DNA of 40,499 nt from a virus (lineage: Duplodnaviria > Caudoviricetes): positions 1 through 40,499 of the IMG/VR virus record IMGVR_UViG_3300027892_000066; one strand, given 5' to 3'. The position numbers were made by a program, and so were the translations under genes. Below the pieces are notes generated by a model. That model had not been told where the DNA came from and did not search any database. It was given only the letters and a program-made list of their open reading frames with translations. Below, piece after piece: positions 37,831 to 40,499 of this stretch (within the stretch, counting starts at the first letter, position 1; each line of letters begins with the position of its first letter).

Positions 37831-38199
37831 ATGGCGACTAATCTACCAGCATTTGAAATACAAGACAGTGCCGCAGGCACAAAACTGTATTTCGACACCT
37901 ACGGCGAAGCTGCATTAGAGTTTCCGGCCAATGACGTTACGGTCGCTGTGAGTTTTTTCACTGCTGCTGGATTTGACACAGACGCAGCAGCCACAGTGGC
38001 CATGACACTGCTTCGTCAGGCCAAAATTGACGCCACTCCCATCTCGCAGATTCTAGACACATTGAAAGGATTTCCATCTAAATCATTAAGTCAACTGGTA
38101 GGAGAGATTTTAAACAACAATCGAGTGCCAACCAGTCTTTTAGGTTTCAGAACTACTGATGCGAAACCAACTGTACAATCAAGAAACATAGCTGCATAA
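37831..38199 (+). CDS. Hypothetical protein in the morphogenesis operon
   Basis: 122 aa, tightly packed between the tube initiator and gp4-like genes. Confidence 0.7.
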   Translation: MATNLPAFEIQDSAAGTKLYFDTYGEAALEFPANDVTVAVSFFTAAGFDTDAAATVAMTLLRQAKIDATPISQILDTLKGFPSKSLSQLVGEILNNNRVPTSLLGFRTTDAKPTVQSRNIAA

Positions 38200-38639
38200 T
38201 GGGAAAATTTGCACAGGGTAAATTTGAAATGAAAAACCCTGCCAAATATGTAGGGTTAAAGACTCCATTGGCTCGCAGCAGCTGGGAATTTGTGTTTATG
38301 AGAATGTTAGATGAGCACCCCGGAGTACAGAACTGGGCCAGCGAAAGTATCAAGATACCTTACAGGGATCCCCTTACTGGTCGCAGTACCATATACGTAC
38401 CTGATTTCTTTGTGGTGTATCAAGACAAAAATGGCTCTAAACATGCAGAAGTTGTAGAGGTTAAACCTTCTAATCATACCTTCAGAGAAGCTGTAGGCAA
38501 GAGTCAATACAATCAACAGCAGTATGTGAAAAACATGGCCAAATGGGAAGCTGCCAATGCTTGGTGTAAGCAGCAGAACATAAAATTTCGTGTGATTAAC
38601 GAAACAGATATTTTCCATCAAGGCACAAAACGAAGATAA
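38199..38639 (+). CDS. gp4: Head completion nuclease, T4 gp4-like (TnsA-type PD-(D/E)xK fold)
   Basis: GKF..KNPAKYVG....RSSWE..FM...D....V..WASE...IPY..P.......Y.PDF...EVKP...N.AKWEAA..WC......F.VINE. Confidence 0.88.
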   Translation: MGKFAQGKFEMKNPAKYVGLKTPLARSSWEFVFMRMLDEHPGVQNWASESIKIPYRDPLTGRSTIYVPDFFVVYQDKNGSKHAEVVEVKPSNHTFREAVGKSQYNQQQYVKNMAKWEAANAWCKQQNIKFRVINETDIFHQGTKRR

Positions 38640-38646
38640 GTACGAT

Positions 38647-39123
38647 ATGACCAAAAGACTTGAAGAATTGTTAAATCTCGAAGCCACAGAGAACACAGTA
38701 GAAGTTCCGATTGAAGTGCCCACGCATGAACAGGTACAGAGCCTAGATGATAGTTACAATAGAGTTGTAGAAATTACTCGAGGACTACCCCAGATCAAAG
38801 AGCTAGACGAACTAGACGATCGAGAGCTAGATGAGCTGGCCAAAAAAGCAGAAGCTGCCTATGACGATCTAATGGACCTAGGCATGAACGTAGAAGTGCG
38901 TTATGCAGGCCGTATCTTCGAAGTGGCTGCTAGCATGATGGGAAATGCGATCACTGCTAAAACCAACAAGATAGATAAAAAACTTAAAAGCGTAGATCTA
39001 CAGCTAAAGAAGCTGAAAATAGACAACGACGCAGGCAATGAACAAGACGGAGTGATCAACGGTGCAGCATATGTGATCACAGACCGCAATGAGCTACTGA
39101 AAAAATTAAGCGGAAAAGCATAA
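38647..39123 (+). CDS. Probable terminase small subunit, gp16-like
   Basis: Helical core A...YDDLMDL...RIFEVAASMM...K plus C-terminal VITDRNELLKKL parallel the T4-type TerS 'R..EV...' and 'GST.EL.K.L' motifs. Confidence 0.55.
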   Translation: MTKRLEELLNLEATENTVEVPIEVPTHEQVQSLDDSYNRVVEITRGLPQIKELDELDDRELDELAKKAEAAYDDLMDLGMNVEVRYAGRIFEVAASMMGNAITAKTNKIDKKLKSVDLQLKKLKIDNDAGNEQDGVINGAAYVITDRNELLKKLSGKA

Positions 39124-39131
39124 ATACAAGT

Positions 39132-39698
39132 ATGAAAACTTTTAAAGAATATCTCACTGAAAACAAAAAAATCTACAGCTTCAAAGTCAAAGTTGCTGGC
39201 GAAATTCCTGAGAATTTTCAGGAAAGTCTCAAGACCAAACTAGAACGCTGCAAGGTTGTTACCTTTGAAAAGATGAGCACAACCCCTATACAAAAGTTTC
39301 CGTTAGATTTTCCGGACAAGTCCAACATGGAAGTCACTGTATTCGAAGTGGTTACAGAATACCCAGTAACTCCTCCGGAAATCGCTGATATGATCAAAGG
39401 GACTGGGGTCAACGAAGACTGTATTCGTGTACGCGGCAGCGGTGAACCCACAGAAATAGATCAGCTGCTCATGGACAATGAGCCCACAGGAGATGCACTG
39501 TTAGATGAACAGGACATGGACAAAGGCGCAGGCAAAATCAAACACAAAGATTATTTCGGTGATGATTTCAATAAGAGTTTCTTAAAAGATTTAAACAAAG
39601 CTGCCAAAGATCGCAAGAAGGATGGCATCAACGTAGAATATAAACTGCCCAAGGGCAAACAAGACAAAGCAGGTGCTCGAAGCGCCTTAGGGAGTTAA
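39132..39698 (+). CDS. Hypothetical late protein, possibly a head-internal protein
   Basis: Starts MKTFKEYLTE, a leader pattern common in T4-like head-internal proteins. TAAATA at 39121-39126, 5 nt before the ATG. Confidence 0.65.
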   Translation: MKTFKEYLTENKKIYSFKVKVAGEIPENFQESLKTKLERCKVVTFEKMSTTPIQKFPLDFPDKSNMEVTVFEVVTEYPVTPPEIADMIKGTGVNEDCIRVRGSGEPTEIDQLLMDNEPTGDALLDEQDMDKGAGKIKHKDYFGDDFNKSFLKDLNKAAKDRKKDGINVEYKLPKGKQDKAGARSALGS

Positions 39699-39701
39699 TA
39701 C

Positions 39702-40427
39702 ATGGATTTCAATCAATTAATGGCACGCATGCGTGAACTAGATCAACCTACTAATGAAGGGGGCTGTGGTATGGATGCACCAATGGCACCACCTATGTCT
39801 TCGCCAATGGGCATGACTCCGCCAAAACCAGATACACCGCCACCTACAATGAGCATAAATCTAAATGCTCAGGGCATGGACAACATTGAGTCATTGATGA
39901 AACTGGTCACCAAGGTGAATCCAAGCATGGATAAACCAGCGATGCCCACAATGATGCCACCGAGTATCAGTATTGAGCCTATGGACAAACCCGCAGGCAT
40001 GCCTCCACTAGGTGGGCTAGGCGACCTAGATAAAGGGCCTTTAAAAATGTTGCCAGATCTAGACTCAGACAACGATGATATGCCAGGTGGAGAAATGGAC
40101 AAAGATGAACCAAGTGATGATATTCCCAAGGGTCTTGATCAAGATGACGATGGTGATCACGACATGGACGATCACGACGCAGAGAAAAAAGACAAAGATG
40201 AAGCGTTCGGCAACAGCGTAGGTGGTAGTGAGCCAGACTACAACACCATTGCTGATGTGATGAACAAAGGTGACGATCTAAACAGACCAAAGAAAAGTTT
40301 CAGTGGCAAGCCATATCGTGGCGACAATCCTATGGCAGCTGGCGCTTATGAAAGCAAAGAACAACTACGTGCTGGTATACGTGCAGAACTCATGCAACGT
40401 TTGGCAGAAGCTAAAGGAGCGAAATAA
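39702..40427 (+). CDS. Low-complexity Pro/Met-rich and Asp-rich protein, possibly scaffold or core-like
   Basis: GGGAG SD. Pro/Met-rich middle, acidic DQDDDGDHDMDDHD tract and helical termini. Confidence 0.65.
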   Translation: MDFNQLMARMRELDQPTNEGGCGMDAPMAPPMSSPMGMTPPKPDTPPPTMSINLNAQGMDNIESLMKLVTKVNPSMDKPAMPTMMPPSISIEPMDKPAGMPPLGGLGDLDKGPLKMLPDLDSDNDDMPGGEMDKDEPSDDIPKGLDQDDDGDHDMDDHDAEKKDKDEAFGNSVGGSEPDYNTIADVMNKGDDLNRPKKSFSGKPYRGDNPMAAGAYESKEQLRAGIRAELMQRLAEAKGAK

Positions 40428-40499
40428 TGTCAGGATTTAAAATTTCAACAGATTCACTAAGACCAGAATTTTACCAAGTGGTGCTAACACTAAGTGGCG
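40427..40499 (+). CDS. Start of the next gene, truncated by the window edge
   Basis: AAGGAG SD, TAATG stop/start overlap, and an open frame MSGFKISTDSLRPEFYQVVLTLSG to the window end. Confidence 0.6.
   Translation, partial: MSGFKISTDSLRPEFYQVVLTLSG

Noticed and set aside
38199-38639. Tn7-like transposon (TnsA fold)
   Set aside because: There are no TnsB/TnsC genes or terminal repeats, and sequence and context match the gp4 head completion nuclease.
38800-38838. Short GAGCTAGA(C/T)GA repeats
   Set aside because: They encode ELDELDDRELDEL, ordinary coding low complexity and not a CRISPR array or iteron.
1-40499. CRISPR array, tRNA/rRNA, introns, or stop-codon recoding
   Set aside because: Intergenic gaps are under about 115 bp with no repeat-spacer pattern or cloverleaf. 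Conserved genes are uninterrupted, and TAA, TGA and TAG all end genes under the standard code.

Overview
The window is a 40.5 kb segment of a large T4-like myophage genome with no cellular housekeeping genes, RNA genes or CRISPR array. It has four blocks. (1) 1-9.3 kb: the 3' part of a very large virion protein, two tandem Gly/Cys-rich adhesin-like paralogues (about 8% Cys) and small partner genes. (2) 9.3-22 kb: an AT-rich cluster of 15 tailoring-type enzymes: six 2OG-Fe(II) oxygenases, two sulfotransferase-like, two SGNH-like, a flavin-dependent halogenase, a luciferase-like monooxygenase, a GT9-like protein, an O-carbamoyltransferase and a GmhB-like HAD protein. Its operons start at T4-late-type TAA(A/G)TA elements. 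(3) 22-27 kb: two fibre-like proteins with amicyanin-type copper motifs flanking a subtilisin (S8) protease. (4) 27-40.5 kb: T4-type core morphogenesis genes (gp15, gp14, gp13, dNMP kinase, sheath, tube, tube initiator, gp4, probable small terminase). The most notable signals are phycobiliprotein-like C-x-R-D helical repeats in the giant virion protein, a late-expressed enzyme cluster that may chemically decorate the virion, and widespread leaderless late transcription (TAAATA-N5-ATG). All family assignments come from reading motifs by eye; no database search was run.
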